The position numbers and the translations under genes were made by a program. The notes beneath the pieces are model-generated. The model did not search any database. It saw nothing but the letters and a program-made list of their open reading frames with translations, and had not been told where the DNA came from. From the human T2T-CHM13v2.0 reference genome, Homo sapiens, in NCBI RefSeq assembly GCF_009914755.1, contig NC_060929.1: a stretch of 64,000 bases of DNA; one strand, given 5' to 3'. Shown piece by piece: positions 52,014-64,000 of the stretch (its first letter is position 1; the number at the start of each line of letters is the position of its first letter).

Positions 52014-55000
52014 TGCCTGAGGTTGGGTTCCCTGGGAAGCAGACTCTGAGACAGAAACTGGCATGCAGGACTGCTCATGGAAGGGAAGGGAAGGAAGCAG
52101 GATTGAACAGAGGGAGAATTTGGACAAAATACAGTCACAACAGAAGTCTCAGCTGATCCTAAGGAGACTTCTACAGCTGGGATGGCCCTTCAGACTCTTC
52201 CTATGTTGGGGCAAGGAGGTCAAGCCTTTATGCCTTCATTTTGATCAGTAATTGGATGTAAGCTGCCCCTGGAAGGAAGCATGACCTTAGGCACGGAAAT
52301 TTTCTTCAGCAGGGGCAATCAGACCTTGACTCCTGAAGGGTGTTCAGGGCAGCATATCATAGCTTCCACCATAGTCCATCCCTTGAGCTTTCTGGATCCA
52401 CTTCTTCATATAAACACTTCCCACTGGTTCTGGGAGCAGCTCCTCCAGGATTCCAGTGGTGTGCTATCAATAACTGGTTCTCCAAAAAAAAAAAAAAGAG
52501 AAAAAAAAACTATCATGGTATAAATACTCCCACCATCGGTGCACTACCAACGGTTTAAAAACAGACTGGCAACAACTTTAGCAATGGGATCTCACGAGCA
52601 AGTAGCCAGCTCTAGCACACCAATGGTTCCAGCAGGCTTCTACTTCTGGGAGACTTAGAAGAGGAAGGTTCACAATGAACTACAGTCCCTGCTGTTGCAG
52701 TTGATCTCAGGGCCACAAATGACACTCATCATCTCCTCCTCTACTATCCATTCCAGATTCCCCCTCACTCTCAGTTAGCACCTTTGCTCATCCTGCTGGC
52801 TCACCTGGTAGCATGACCCAATCCTTCATCTCTAAGAGGTCTGATTCCATCTCAGGCTGGGATTGTTGCACTTGTCCATTTACTGTCAAAATTGGGAAAG
52901 GGAGTAATAAAGAGGTATCCAACTGGATCACCGGGGTGCTACATGTATGCCTCCCTGCCTCCACTGTGTAGTCTTACCTCCTCCTGATGATCAGGCTCAG
53001 GTACCCCTGCCAAGATGGTACCTCCTTTTCTTTCCTGCTTGTCCCTAGACACAAGAAGGCTGAAGTGCCCTGGCAGCATCCCTAGCTGATAGTCTAATGG
53101 GACTTTTGCTGGAAATGTTCCCTCCTGGGGAACCAGGATCTCCAAACCCACAGAGCCCAGATTTGCAGGGATGGGAGGCATATATTTTCCAAGTGGGCCA
53201 CTGGGAATGATAGTAAAGGGGGCCACTCCTGTTTTTATCTCTTGGTTCTGAAACTCTTGTATTATACCTATTGGAACAGAGCTCCATATAAGGTCTTTGA
53301 TTTATAGTGAGAACTGCATCCTGAAGAATAGTTCATTATCCTGTAAAGTAGCACCCCAAGCCGGTGCTTCAACTATGCCATCAACAGGCTGTTGCCCAAC
53401 ACTCTACCAAACTGACAACACCTGAGTGGTGCAATATGTGATATGACTAGCACATCCTATGGTCATGGACCTGTGCTTCCACTTTCTTTGATATAAAGTA
53501 GATCCCTCAGTCTGATATGCTATGTGAGATCCCATACCAGGGGAATAAAAACTCTGAAGGCCCTTGGATAGTGATGTTGGCTGTGGCCCTGCAGCCAGGA
53601 AAGGCAACCTCATGCTTAAATTGTGTCTTTATTCTTGTCAAAATGAATCACTGGCCCTTCAGGGGTATAAGAGGGCTAATGTAGTCACCTAGCAGTGGGG
53701 TGGTCTCTTGATCTCCCTGAGGCCGAGTATTGTATCTGAACTTATTTGGGAATCAAGTTTGAGCTTTTACATCCTCCATCAGCTGGACACAAGGGATCAC
53801 CCATGCAGCCATAGATGTGAGCTGGGGGAAGGTTTTGGTGTCCTGGAGTTGGATGGTACAGGGTTCTGGGTCACTTGCACCTGCAGCTTATTTGTGTCTT
53901 CCAATCCTGCTCATTGGTTAGAGTTGTACCACTTCCATCTTATGATGGATTGCTGTTGAGCCCACCTGACCTTATGGCTTAGTAGGTCTCACAAAAACCA
54001 ATTCATCATGGTGGTTCTTGCTGCATGGTCACTGAGTCAGGCCCTCCAGGCCTACCAAGGCTCAGAAGCATGGCACAGCTGTTTTTCAAAAGGTATGTAA
54101 TTCTCCAGTGCAGATGGTATGGCCTTGTTCCAGAACCCTAGGGACAGTGTATTTTCCCAGTACAGATACCTTTAAAACCACAGTATCTGATGACTCATAT
54201 GGCCCACATGGCAGGGCTACATGTACTACAGCCAAAGAGCCCTTTCCTGCCTGGGGCCCCACTCAAAGATGGCAGGCTTTTGTGTCACTGCCAGGTATAT
54301 GGTTCAGAATAATATTCCCAAGTGTGTAATAGGTTTCATCCATATAGGTTGCATCCATAACCCTAAGAGGCCTGCCAAACATTCCGCTTCCTTCTTCATG
54401 GTGGGAAGTACAAGACATAGTGATTTGTCCTATACTTTGGTGGGAATTTTCTGCACGCTCCAGACTACTGGATTCCTAAAAACTTCACTGATGTGGCAGG
54501 CTGTGAATATTCATAGGGTTTATCTTCTGGAGTGCATGTGTCTTGCCATGGCCATCAATCTTGTCTGACTGGCATAATATTATCAATAGAGTAGACCAGT
54601 GTGATGTTCTGCAGGATGCCCAAGTGGTTCAGACTTCTTGGAACTATGTTATGACAGAGGGCAGGAGAGTTAACTTTGCCTTGGAAATTTGAACTGTTGT
54701 TTGTCCCAAGTGAATGCAAACAATTTCTAACAGGGGTGGAAAAGAATGGATTCACCAAATCAGCAGCTACACACTGTATGCCTGAGCCCATGTTAATCTG
54801 TTGTAGTGAAGACACATTTGGCAAGCACAGTGGCTGCAAATGGGGCTACTGTTGAATTGGTAGTAGCCTGCTGTCATCTTTCAGGATTTAACTGGGTTTT
54901 GCTGGTAAATTAAATGAAGATATGACGGACTCCCTTTTAGGTCTATAATGGTGGCAATAATTTCTGCCATTAACCCTGGAATGTGATATTGTTCTTGATT

Positions 55001-57393
55001 TACTATTTTGCCTGGAATGGGAAGGTTTTGAAGGCTTCCACTTGGCTTTCTTCACTATGATCACTCTCACCATGCAGGCCAAGGACCCAATGTAGGGGCT
55101 GTGCTAATTATCAAGTGTGTTGATCTGATTATATCACTGTGGGTCTGTGGACCCAGAGGACCTGCTATTAGCAGAACTCAGGCCAGGAATCTATCACCTG
55201 GCCCACATATACCCCTCATTCTAATGAGAGGATTTTGGTGCCACTTCAGGTACCTAGGTAACAATGTCAATTCTAATCCCGGGTTCAATAGTCTTTCACA
55301 TGTTAGGATATTCTCTTTCCTAGTATGTAGCTATCCAAGTTAAGTGCCCACAGGTCCCCCTGGGAAAGGGCTGGGGAAATCATTATCATGCACACTTGCT
55401 GTGGTGGTGTGGGACTCTTCCTTCTGGGAGATCTGGCATCTTCTTCAATCAGTAGGTTCTAAGTCTGAAAACTGGTTCAGATCTGGAAACTCGGCAGGTT
55501 ACTTTTTATTGGGGTGACTGGACTCATTATCCATGATTGATTTCTTTTTCTTGCACAGAATAACCCGCAGCACTGTTGGCTGGCCATCTATTGTGACCCT
55601 CCAGATGCTATGTTTTATTAACCATGTCCATAACTCCCCGGGAGCCAGGCCCTCTTAACAGCCATTCCAATCTTGCCACCCAGACAACTGGGCCAAGTGC
55701 TATGACTTGGCCTCTATTATCTCAGAGTCCTATCACCCCTACTGCTATCAGTGAGCCCAGTTCTGTGACATTTCCTATCAATGCTGGCCTATTTTAGCCA
55801 CCATTTTAGTTCTTGGTGATACTGGTGCCCTTCTTTCCAATACATTTCTTGTTTTGGTATCTTCTTGGCCCTCAGGCGAGTATTCTGAATTTGCTTAGTA
55901 TATTTATTCCTGCACACCCACGTCCTTCATAGTCTGCCATAGCCATTCTGGCTACCCTCACTTAATATGGGCCATCCTCTTTCCATGCTTCTAGGAGCCA
56001 TCCAAACGATGTATTTGCACCATCTCTTGGGGCCTTGCCACAGTTTTAAATACTTTATCCTGGAAGAATGTTCCCATATCCATAAACTCTTTTGTTCAAA
56101 TTTCTGTTCCACCCCCTTGGTCCAGAATCCAGTCCTGTGCATACTCTCCAAGCTCCTGCTAGTACTCTCTGGATATGACCAGAATTTCCTTTGAGGTATA
56201 GTCCTTTTCTACACTAGCAAGTTCAGCATGTCTGGCCAGGTTAGGTTTTGACTTAACCCTAGTTATTGGCCTAGCACAAAGAGGTAACATGGAATGAGAG
56301 CATGTCTTGCAGGACAGAAGCCTCCGCATTTTCTTTTTAAAGTAAGAAGCAAGTTCTAGCTTTTAACAGAGATGAGTAGGTCACTTCTGCAGGTCCAGAG
56401 TGTTTAGTGAAATCTGAGGATTCAAGATATTCAGGTGCAACAGAGGTCCTCATCCCACGTGTCAGGGTCTCATTCTTCCCCAACCAGGGCTCTGCCCTTG
56501 GCATAGAAGACCTGCCTTGGTTGGGAATATAACCTTCTTTGAAGCTTAACTACTTTGACAGAAGTCTGGGTCTGATTCTCTGCTTTTTCTTCTTTTCTAT
56601 AGATGCACCAAAGAGGCCTACGGCTTTCATGCTTATGTTTTCATTGCCAATTAATCACTCTAAGCTCTCCATTTTCTTTTACTGAAAGTTAGTCAAGCTT
56701 AGCAATTCCATTGTCCTTGCAGTGGCTAATTCCCCCATATTTCTCAAACACCTGAGGCACTGCACCATCTAATGCATTCTCTTCCAACATAGGTAAAAGT
56801 TTTAACAATTATTACCATGGGCCAAAAGCTGTCTGCTTCACCTGCCACCTGTGATGGGAGTCCTCATTGGCAGCCAACAGTGGATGATCCAGCTCCAAAA
56901 TCATATCTTAGCATCTCATTTTTTTTCTGTCACTCCTAAAGCCAGATGCCATAGATTAGGTTCTATAGGAAACAGACTGAGTAGGATATGAGCATGTAGG
57001 ACCTTTATTAGGAAAAGATCTTGGGGTCAACATCAGTGGAAATGAGGACTGAAACAGGACTAGGCAAAAGGAGAAGTGGAGCTACTATGCAATTCCAGCC
57101 GAGGTTCCAGCTGAGACCAGGAGTGCTCATCTGTGATGATCCTTCAGAGTTTTCCCAAGAAGGAGAGGGAGCCAAGCCTTTATACCTTCATATTTATCAG
57201 TTGGTAGACGTGGGCTCCCTACAGAAGTAGGTGTGACCTTACACAAGGCAATTATTTTTTAGCAGTAGTCCAAAATAGGGCTGACAGCTGGGGCTGTCTT
57301 CTGGCAGCTCTCCCACCAGCTGGTGAAATAAATCTTTCATTCATAAAGGGGATGGGGCGGGGGGGTCTGAGCTGTGTATCACAGCATCCACAA
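52014..57393 (-). mobile_element. Decayed near full-length ERVL provirus (HERV16/LTR16-like)
   Basis: Related LTRs at ~52014-52373 and ~56947-57393. PPT-like gtccatccct at 52374. dUTPase remnant (VPLDYQLGMLPGHFSLL..GGTILAGV, 52939-53226). RT remnant (DLVNPFFSTP..QGKVNSPALCHNIV..LVYSIDNI, 54555-54839). Protease remnant RLLNPGLELTL at ~55265-55295. Confidence 0.85.
52454..52625. mobile_element. MER63-like hAT DNA transposon nested in the ERVL
   Basis: Terminal inverted repeats cagtggtgtgct ... agcacaccaatg; internal taaatactcccaccat...ctaccaacggttta. Confidence 0.7.
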
Positions 57394-59833
57394 GACCACC
57401 TTAAAAAGCCTGTACAAATCTTGTCCCTGGGCAGATGGGTCAGAGCCTGATGCTTACAAACCACGCTTCCCCCCACAACCCTGGCAACTGGGATTCTGTT
57501 GCTTTCCTATTGTGACACATAAGCCCAGGGAAGAGCCTCACTCTGCCATTCTCAGGTACTCAACTCCTCAGGAGAAATGGCTACAGGGTCCCTCTCCCCA
57601 TCTAATATTGAGTACTCACTGTATCTCAGCCACCAGGTATCAGAGACACCTGTCAGGCAGCTTTTGTCCCTAGCAGTAGTGAGCAGAATCAGTATCATCT
57701 GGGTTGGGGCGGCTATAGTTTCTTGGTCAGTCTATGAAAAGAGGAGGAGTCGTTTGCCAGGTGGCAAAGGGGCAGAGAAAAACATGCTTGTGATGGGATG
57801 CCTTAAAGAAAGCCCTTCAACCAGGCCAGGTGATCTGGTAAGAGGTGTGGTGGGGATAGGCTGAAGCTAGATCAAAGAAATCTGGACCTAGTAGCTCGCA
57901 TTTAGGATGGCTCCATAATCGTGGAGTTTCTCCCCAAAGAGGGGCATGCAGAAACATGTCTGGGAACACCACTAGTCTGAAGTGTTGTTTGTAGGGTGGC
58001 AGGTTAAGAAAAGGTAGGGACCCTTGTTGGAGGGTGCAGACCTTGATTTGGCCTTTAGACCGCAAGTTTGAGACCTGTAGGGTAGCCAAAGAGAGAAGTA
58101 CCAAGCCCCAAGGAACTTGGAAACCTAGAAGATGGGCAGAGGAGGAGGCAGCTGTGTAAGAGGCTTGTAAGAACTGGTCACAGAGGAGAAAGAGAAACAG
58201 GAGCGGTGGCATCAAAGAAGCCATGAAAAACATAGAAGTCAGAAAATACCAATCCTGGAGGAAGCAGGTTGGTGTGGGGAAGTGACATTTGTTGGCAGGG
58301 GCCTCGGGGCAGGCCTGTGGAGGATAGGGAAATGGAACAGTCCTGGCAGTTCAGGTGGCTGGGGGCTGGGACCTTTGGACAGGCTGTATATTAAGCAGGT
58401 TTCACGCGACGCCTCCCCTTCTGAGCATTCCCCATGGCCTCGCTAGTGCAGGATGGACAGGAACTGTACTCAGGTCCAGGTGACAGCTCATGCCTGGATT
58501 TTCCCAAGGGGGCGGATCCAACCAGTCCACCAGTCCGTTCTGGCAGCTTTAAGCTCCTCTCAGACAGGGTGACATCCAACTGTTTCAAGGGCTTTCCAGT
58601 GGGCTGCACTTGTTCTGTCCCACAGGATCTATAGGGAAACCCCAGCTCTGGGCAAACAGACCCCCACCCCCTGACTAAGGCCTCCAGAATCTGGGCCAGA
58701 GGCCAGGGTGGGGCAAGACACTGAGTCAGGACAGCGGTTTTCTGGCTTCCTTAGTTTGTGTCCACAGACATCCTCACTATCCTAGGAGATGACCCCAGCA
58801 GGAATGGGGAGCTGAAGCCTGAAGAGTCACTGAAATGATTTACATAATTTCCTTAATGCTCACCACGATCATGTGAGAGAGAGAACATGACCCGTTTCAC
58901 AGACGCATCACTGAAGCTGTGAGCAGAGAAACGACTTGTCTGCCAGACAGTGGCAGATACAACACTTAAACCAAAGTCTCTGAGTCTCCTCAGGTGCCCT
59001 TTCATCACTCTTCCTGCTACTTGGCATCAACCAGCCGGGATGAGACACTGAAAGGGATGCCAGGTCTTTGTTATGTTGCATCCAAATGCTAGCTAGCCCC
59101 TGCCAGCCCATCCACCACACCCGGGCTGCCTCTCATATCTAGTATCTCAGCCCTCCAGACCCTCACTCCTCCTTGAGACTCTAGCCCCCAGTCCCCAGTT
59201 CCTCCCAGACTTCCCAGACTCTTCACAATCACCAGTGTGGAGGAATCCATTGTACCAATGAAGAGTCTAAAACACAGAGAAGCACAGGGAGCCAGGTGCA
59301 GAGAGCACATGGATATGACACTTGCCCTATGGCAGCTGCCCTAGTGTCCATGAATGGCAGAGAAGTGGGACAGTAGCCCTGCGTCTTAACCACCACAGTG
59401 AGGACAAGGGTGAGGCTGCTGGGGCAGTCCCAGCTCCAGGGCCTTTGGAGGGGATCTCCTCTCCTTGCTCTCCACAGGAAGCATGTGGTGCTGGCCAGCC
59501 AGCCACAGAGGTCTGGGCATCCCCAGGGAGCAGCACAGAGGTGCCCGGCAGCCCCCACCTCTCCACCCTTCAGCCCTCTTCCCACCTCTATCACGCTGGC
59601 AGCCACACTTCTTATCTCCAGGACTTGGCTTCCTGTTGCTTTTAAAGAGACCCGTGGCCTACTGGCTGGCATCCACTAGGCCAAGAGGCCTTGCCCCGTA
59701 ACTCCTGGGGTTATGGCAGGCTCATGCCTTGCTCGCCACAAGGAGAGGCTCTCCTCTCCACTCAGCACTCAAGTCAGCCTGAGGACTGCTTGACAGCCCA
59801 GTGACTGGCAATGTGAGCTCTTCTTAAGAATGG

Positions 59834-60450
59834 ATTCATTCATTCATTCATTCATTCATTCAATAAATACTTTTTGAGTACCAATTTACCATGTTATCAG
59901 GCACTGTCCTGGGCATTAGGGCCATGCGGGACAAATTGTCTGCCCTCTTGATGCTTACAAGGTAGTAAAGAAGACAGTAAAGCAGTAAACAAAAGAATGC
60001 TCAAGATAATGTCAGTGGAGATAATAAAATAAAATACAGAGTGGAATAACAGGCATTGGAGACTTCAAAAGATGGGAGGGAGTGAGGGTTGAAAAATTAC
60101 CTATTGGGTACGATGTTCACTATTCAGGTGATGGCTACACTGAAAGCCCAGACTTCACCACTACATAATATATCCATGTAACAAAACCACACTTGTGCCC
60201 TTTAAACCTATTTTTAAAATAAAAATAAAATAAATAGAATATGTGATGATGGCATGGAAGATTTTAGATGGTCAATGGGAGCCTTTCTGAGAAGGTGACA
60301 TTTGGCTGAGACCTGACTGACAAGAAGGAGCTGGATTTATGTTTTTAAAGGATCCCTCAGGCTACTGTGCTGGCCAAAAGTCAGTAAGGGGATCAGTGAG
60401 AAGGTTTTTATATTTGCTTCGCCAGAGTTGATGGCCTGAACTGGAGAGTG
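59834..60450 (-). mobile_element. L2 3' fragment with (TTCA)n tail
   Basis: attcattcattc... x7 followed by caataaatactttttgagtacc; gaaggtgacatttggctgagacctga. Confidence 0.75.
60034..60235 (+). mobile_element. L1 3'UTR fragment (L1PB/L1MA-like) inserted in the L2
   Basis: gaaaaattacctattgggtacgatgttcactatt...cccagacttcaccactac...atccatgtaacaaaa, A-rich tail. Confidence 0.85.
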
Positions 60451-61853
60451 AGGGTAAAAAGGGGGAGAAGTGGTCAAAGAAGGGCTCACAAAGGAATAGA
60501 GGACAGAGGCTGGGGCACAGGAGGCTGCCTGGGTTCAGTGCTCAAGGTCTTGGCAGGTGGAGGCTTTTCAACACCTCTACCTCTGCTCCTCAGTTGGCCT
60601 AGGTACTTGGAGGCCCCTGTCAAATGCCCTGGGACAGGGCCAGAAGTATCCAGAAGGAAGAGGGAACAGACAGCAAGGGAGCCCTGGGGCCAGGTCTAGC
60701 TGGGCTCTGTTCTCACTTGCAGGGAACTCTGACTCTAATCATAAAAAGAACTGAACTTGACATGCAGCAAGTGCCCTTCAACCTGGTGCTCTTGCATCTT
60801 GAACTGACAGAACTTTGACAGGTGGACGCCACAGCAGTTGCTTGTTGACTGCCTGGCACTCAGCACCTTGACCTGGTCATAATCCAAGCTGATGCCCAGA
60901 TGATGCCCACTGAAGTTGTAGCTCATTGGTCATAAGGTGTCCAAGCTGGAATCCTCCTGGTCTGTAGCAGCTTTTGAGCTCCTGGCCATGGGGAGAGCAG
61001 AGAGCAATGTTTGAACAGTGGTAGTGGTAGAGCCGAGGGAAGGCGGCTGCCAGGAGGAGAGAGAGTCAATTGTCATCAGAGGTCCACTAGTCATCTCCTG
61101 CTCACCACCAAAGAGAGCTCTCCTCTCCACTCAGCATCCAAGCCACAAAGATATCAAAGCAGAGGGCTGGGGATGCCAAGGTGAAGGGGGCAGAAATGGA
61201 AGCAAGGACAATTGAAGCATAAATGGGAATACCAGGGAAGAGTCAAGGGCCTTGTGTGAGCATTCAGTGTTGGGGCAGAAATTATCCATTAAAGTCACTC
61301 CAATCAGCAAATCTCAGTGGTGTGGGGCAGGGTGGATGTCTGTGACACATCCAGTAATATACCCCCTCACAGTTTGGTACCCGGTAGTGGGACCCCAATG
61401 GTCAGAGAGTATGAGAATTATGCCATTTTCAAACTGGGCTGCCCTGGACTCTAAGAATGAGCCCAGGAAAATGTTGAATCAGGATGATACTAGGCTTCCA
61501 ATATAGAAAACATCATGGCTGAAAGGCAGGTACTCAAATGTTTTGCTTCTGCACAATTTTATAGCTTTCTTGAGAGACCATTTGGGAACTTGGCCTGTCT
61601 CTTGAACTGTTTTACAGGCTAATGAAGCCAGTGTATCTGAGATTCACATGCAAATGTCCACACTGGCAGGTGCCATGAATCAAATCTCCAGGATTTAAAC
61701 AGAATAAAGATGAGATTCCTGTTCTCATATATGCCAGTTCTACAGGAGGCCTGCAAGTAGAACTTCTGGACCTAGAGATTTTGTTATCCTGAAGCTGTCA
61801 AAGATGTCTCATGTTTACCTGAGCCCTCACTCACCACCAACCAGTGTATAGAG

Positions 61854-62060
61854 CAGGGGTGTCCAATCTTTTGGCTTCCCCAGGCCCCAATGGAAGAAGA
61901 ATTGTCTTGGGCCACACATAAAATACACTAATGATAGCTGATGAGCTTAAAAGAAAAAAGTCTCATAATATTTTAAGAAAGTTTATGAATTTGTGTTGGG
62001 CCACATTCAAAGCTGTCCTGGGCCGCATGTGGCCCACAGGCCGTGGATTGGACAAGCTTG
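61854..62060. mobile_element. MER30 hAT-Charlie element
   Basis: caggggtgtccaatcttttggcttccc...ttggacaagcttg. Confidence 0.88.
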
Positions 62061-63449
62061 AGAGGGATACTACAAACCTCAAGTTGTTCTTACGTTTCTA
62101 CCCAGAGAGAAGGCTTTCTCAGACAGTGATCAAATGACTAAGCATGTGCACGGCTCTGGGTCTGAGCAGTCACCAACCTCAGCTGAAGAGGGAAGTTTGG
62201 GCACTTCTAAGGAATCTGTTTTGCTAGGCCTCACTATCTCATGCACCCTGACTTGGGCTGTCCATCATGGTGTCAGCACAGTCAGGTGGCCCCTCAGATA
62301 AAGCAATGTAACCACTGAAAACAGTTAATCACACAGGTACCACACAAATCTTACCGGACATTTCAGAGACATCTTTACAAACTAGCCTATTGTCCTAAGA
62401 ATGATTTAAGTTTACTGTTAAAAATTCAAACAAGTAAAGAGCATCCCATATCCAAAGATGGCCCTTGGGTAGCATCCTTCCAGGTACCTGGATTTTCTCA
62501 TCCATAAAGTCAAGTATATCCAATTATTCCCTGTATGAAAATGCTTCTACTATACAGACTATAACCTTTTTTGTTTTGTTCATTTAAAAATTGTAATGTG
62601 CCACATGCCAACAATATTATTCAGAATCAAATGATTCAAATAGCTAAGATAAAGTTGTGACCTAATGTTAAGTCAGCCTACTGTCTTTTATAACAAAAGT
62701 GTAGTTTTGGAGAAAATCCTTCCTTTCTTGAACTACTGACAATGATTAACATTTATTAACAATGGTTAACCTTTCTCAAGCATTTACTAAGTTCTAGGCA
62801 CAGTGGTACTAAGCATTTTTGCATATACTCATTCACTTAATTCATATAACAAGCCTCTCTGAACCTTTGTTCTTCATCTATAAAATGGGAATAATAGTAC
62901 CTACCTCACAGGTAAGTAATTTTTCAACAGTCCCATAACAACCTGGGGGTGGGGGGACAAGGAGTGATATGGATGTCGGTGTGTGTCTGTAGAACCAAAC
63001 TGTTCTGCTGAAGAGATCATGCCTCTTGCTCATGTGACACCAGCAGAGTGACTGATATGGAAACGGTGAGCACATAGATGGAGGCTGTCTGGGCGCCACA
63101 GTGCCCCGATGCAGAAACTCATCATCACATCAGTGTGTCAACATCACCGAGAAACCTTTGACAAATCTAAAGACCCTGTTAGCAACAGTGAAAGTTTCCT
63201 GAAGAGTGAGAAAACCACAGGGAGGAGGCTGTCTTGGCATCTGATTGGCACATTACTTCTACAGAAAGGCAATTAGTCAAATTGGTTTGGGGACCCCAGC
63301 TGTTCATGCTTCACCACCTCTTTGAGAAAGAAAAAGGGAAAGTGACATTTACTAAGAGCTTGCTAGTACTAAGACCTTTCATATATTATCATATTTAACC
63401 CTCACTACAGCCTGTGAAGTATAATTATCCCATTTTATGTGTGCTAAAG

Positions 63450-64000
63450 TGAACTCCTAATCTTCCCCTTCATGCCTGCCCCACATATAGTCTTCTTGTC
63501 TCAGTTGAGGTCAAATCCTTCTTTCCAGCTGCTCAGAGAAAAACCCTTGGAGTCATCCTTAACTCTGATCTCTCTCTCATACTCAACATCTAAGCCATCA
63601 GCAAATGCTGATGATTCTTCTTCCAAAACAGGTCCAGAATCCAACATTTCTCATTTCTCCCCACTTCCACTGAATCCATGATGATTCCAGCCACTATTAT
63701 CTTCTAGAATATACTTCAGTGGAAGCCTAGCTAATTTCCCTGCTTCTACCTGTTCCCTGCTCTATAATCTATTCTCAACTCAGCAGCCAGAGTGATCCTG
63801 TTATGCTCTAGTCAGATCATAGCCCTCTGTTCAAAACCCTCTTGGAGTTCTGTGTTTTACCACAGAAAAGCCATAGTTCCCACAGTGGCCTGCAAGGTCC
63901 GCATCATCTTCCCCTTTATCTTTCCATCACTTTCTTTTCCCCTGTGACCCTCTCTGCTCACTCATTCTGCTCCAGCCACACTTGCCTCCATGTTGCTCCT
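63450..64000 (+). mobile_element. L2 fragment
   Basis: aaacccttggagtcatcctt...ccatcagcaaat...cagcagccagagtgatc...ctccagccacac. Confidence 0.75.

Overview
Human (hominid) genomic DNA covering the chr5q31 IL3-CSF2 cytokine locus. Two intact + strand genes are present: IL3 (5 exons, 152 aa, 24576-26660) and CSF2/GM-CSF (4 exons, 144 aa, 37694-39722). Their promoters, AU-rich elements, NFAT/AP-1/RUNX/Oct enhancers and an intergenic CTCF insulator are recognisable, all set among L1, Alu, MIR, L2, LTR/ERVL and DNA-transposon relics. Reading the intergenic DNA by eye shows two more, dead, beta-common-family cytokine genes. (1) A complete 5-exon unprocessed IL3 paralogue lies on the minus strand (about 16800-19035), head-to-head with IL3, with conserved promoter boxes, intron edges and 3'UTR; I know of no annotation for it. 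(2) A 4-exon IL-5/GM-CSF-like gene lies 1.3 kb downstream of CSF2 (41331-43075), most likely the human KK34 remnant, with an intact-looking promoter. The locus therefore reads as a former four-cytokine cluster, split in the middle by divergent CTCF sites that are inverted copies of each other. All alignments were done by hand; repeat subfamily names are approximate.
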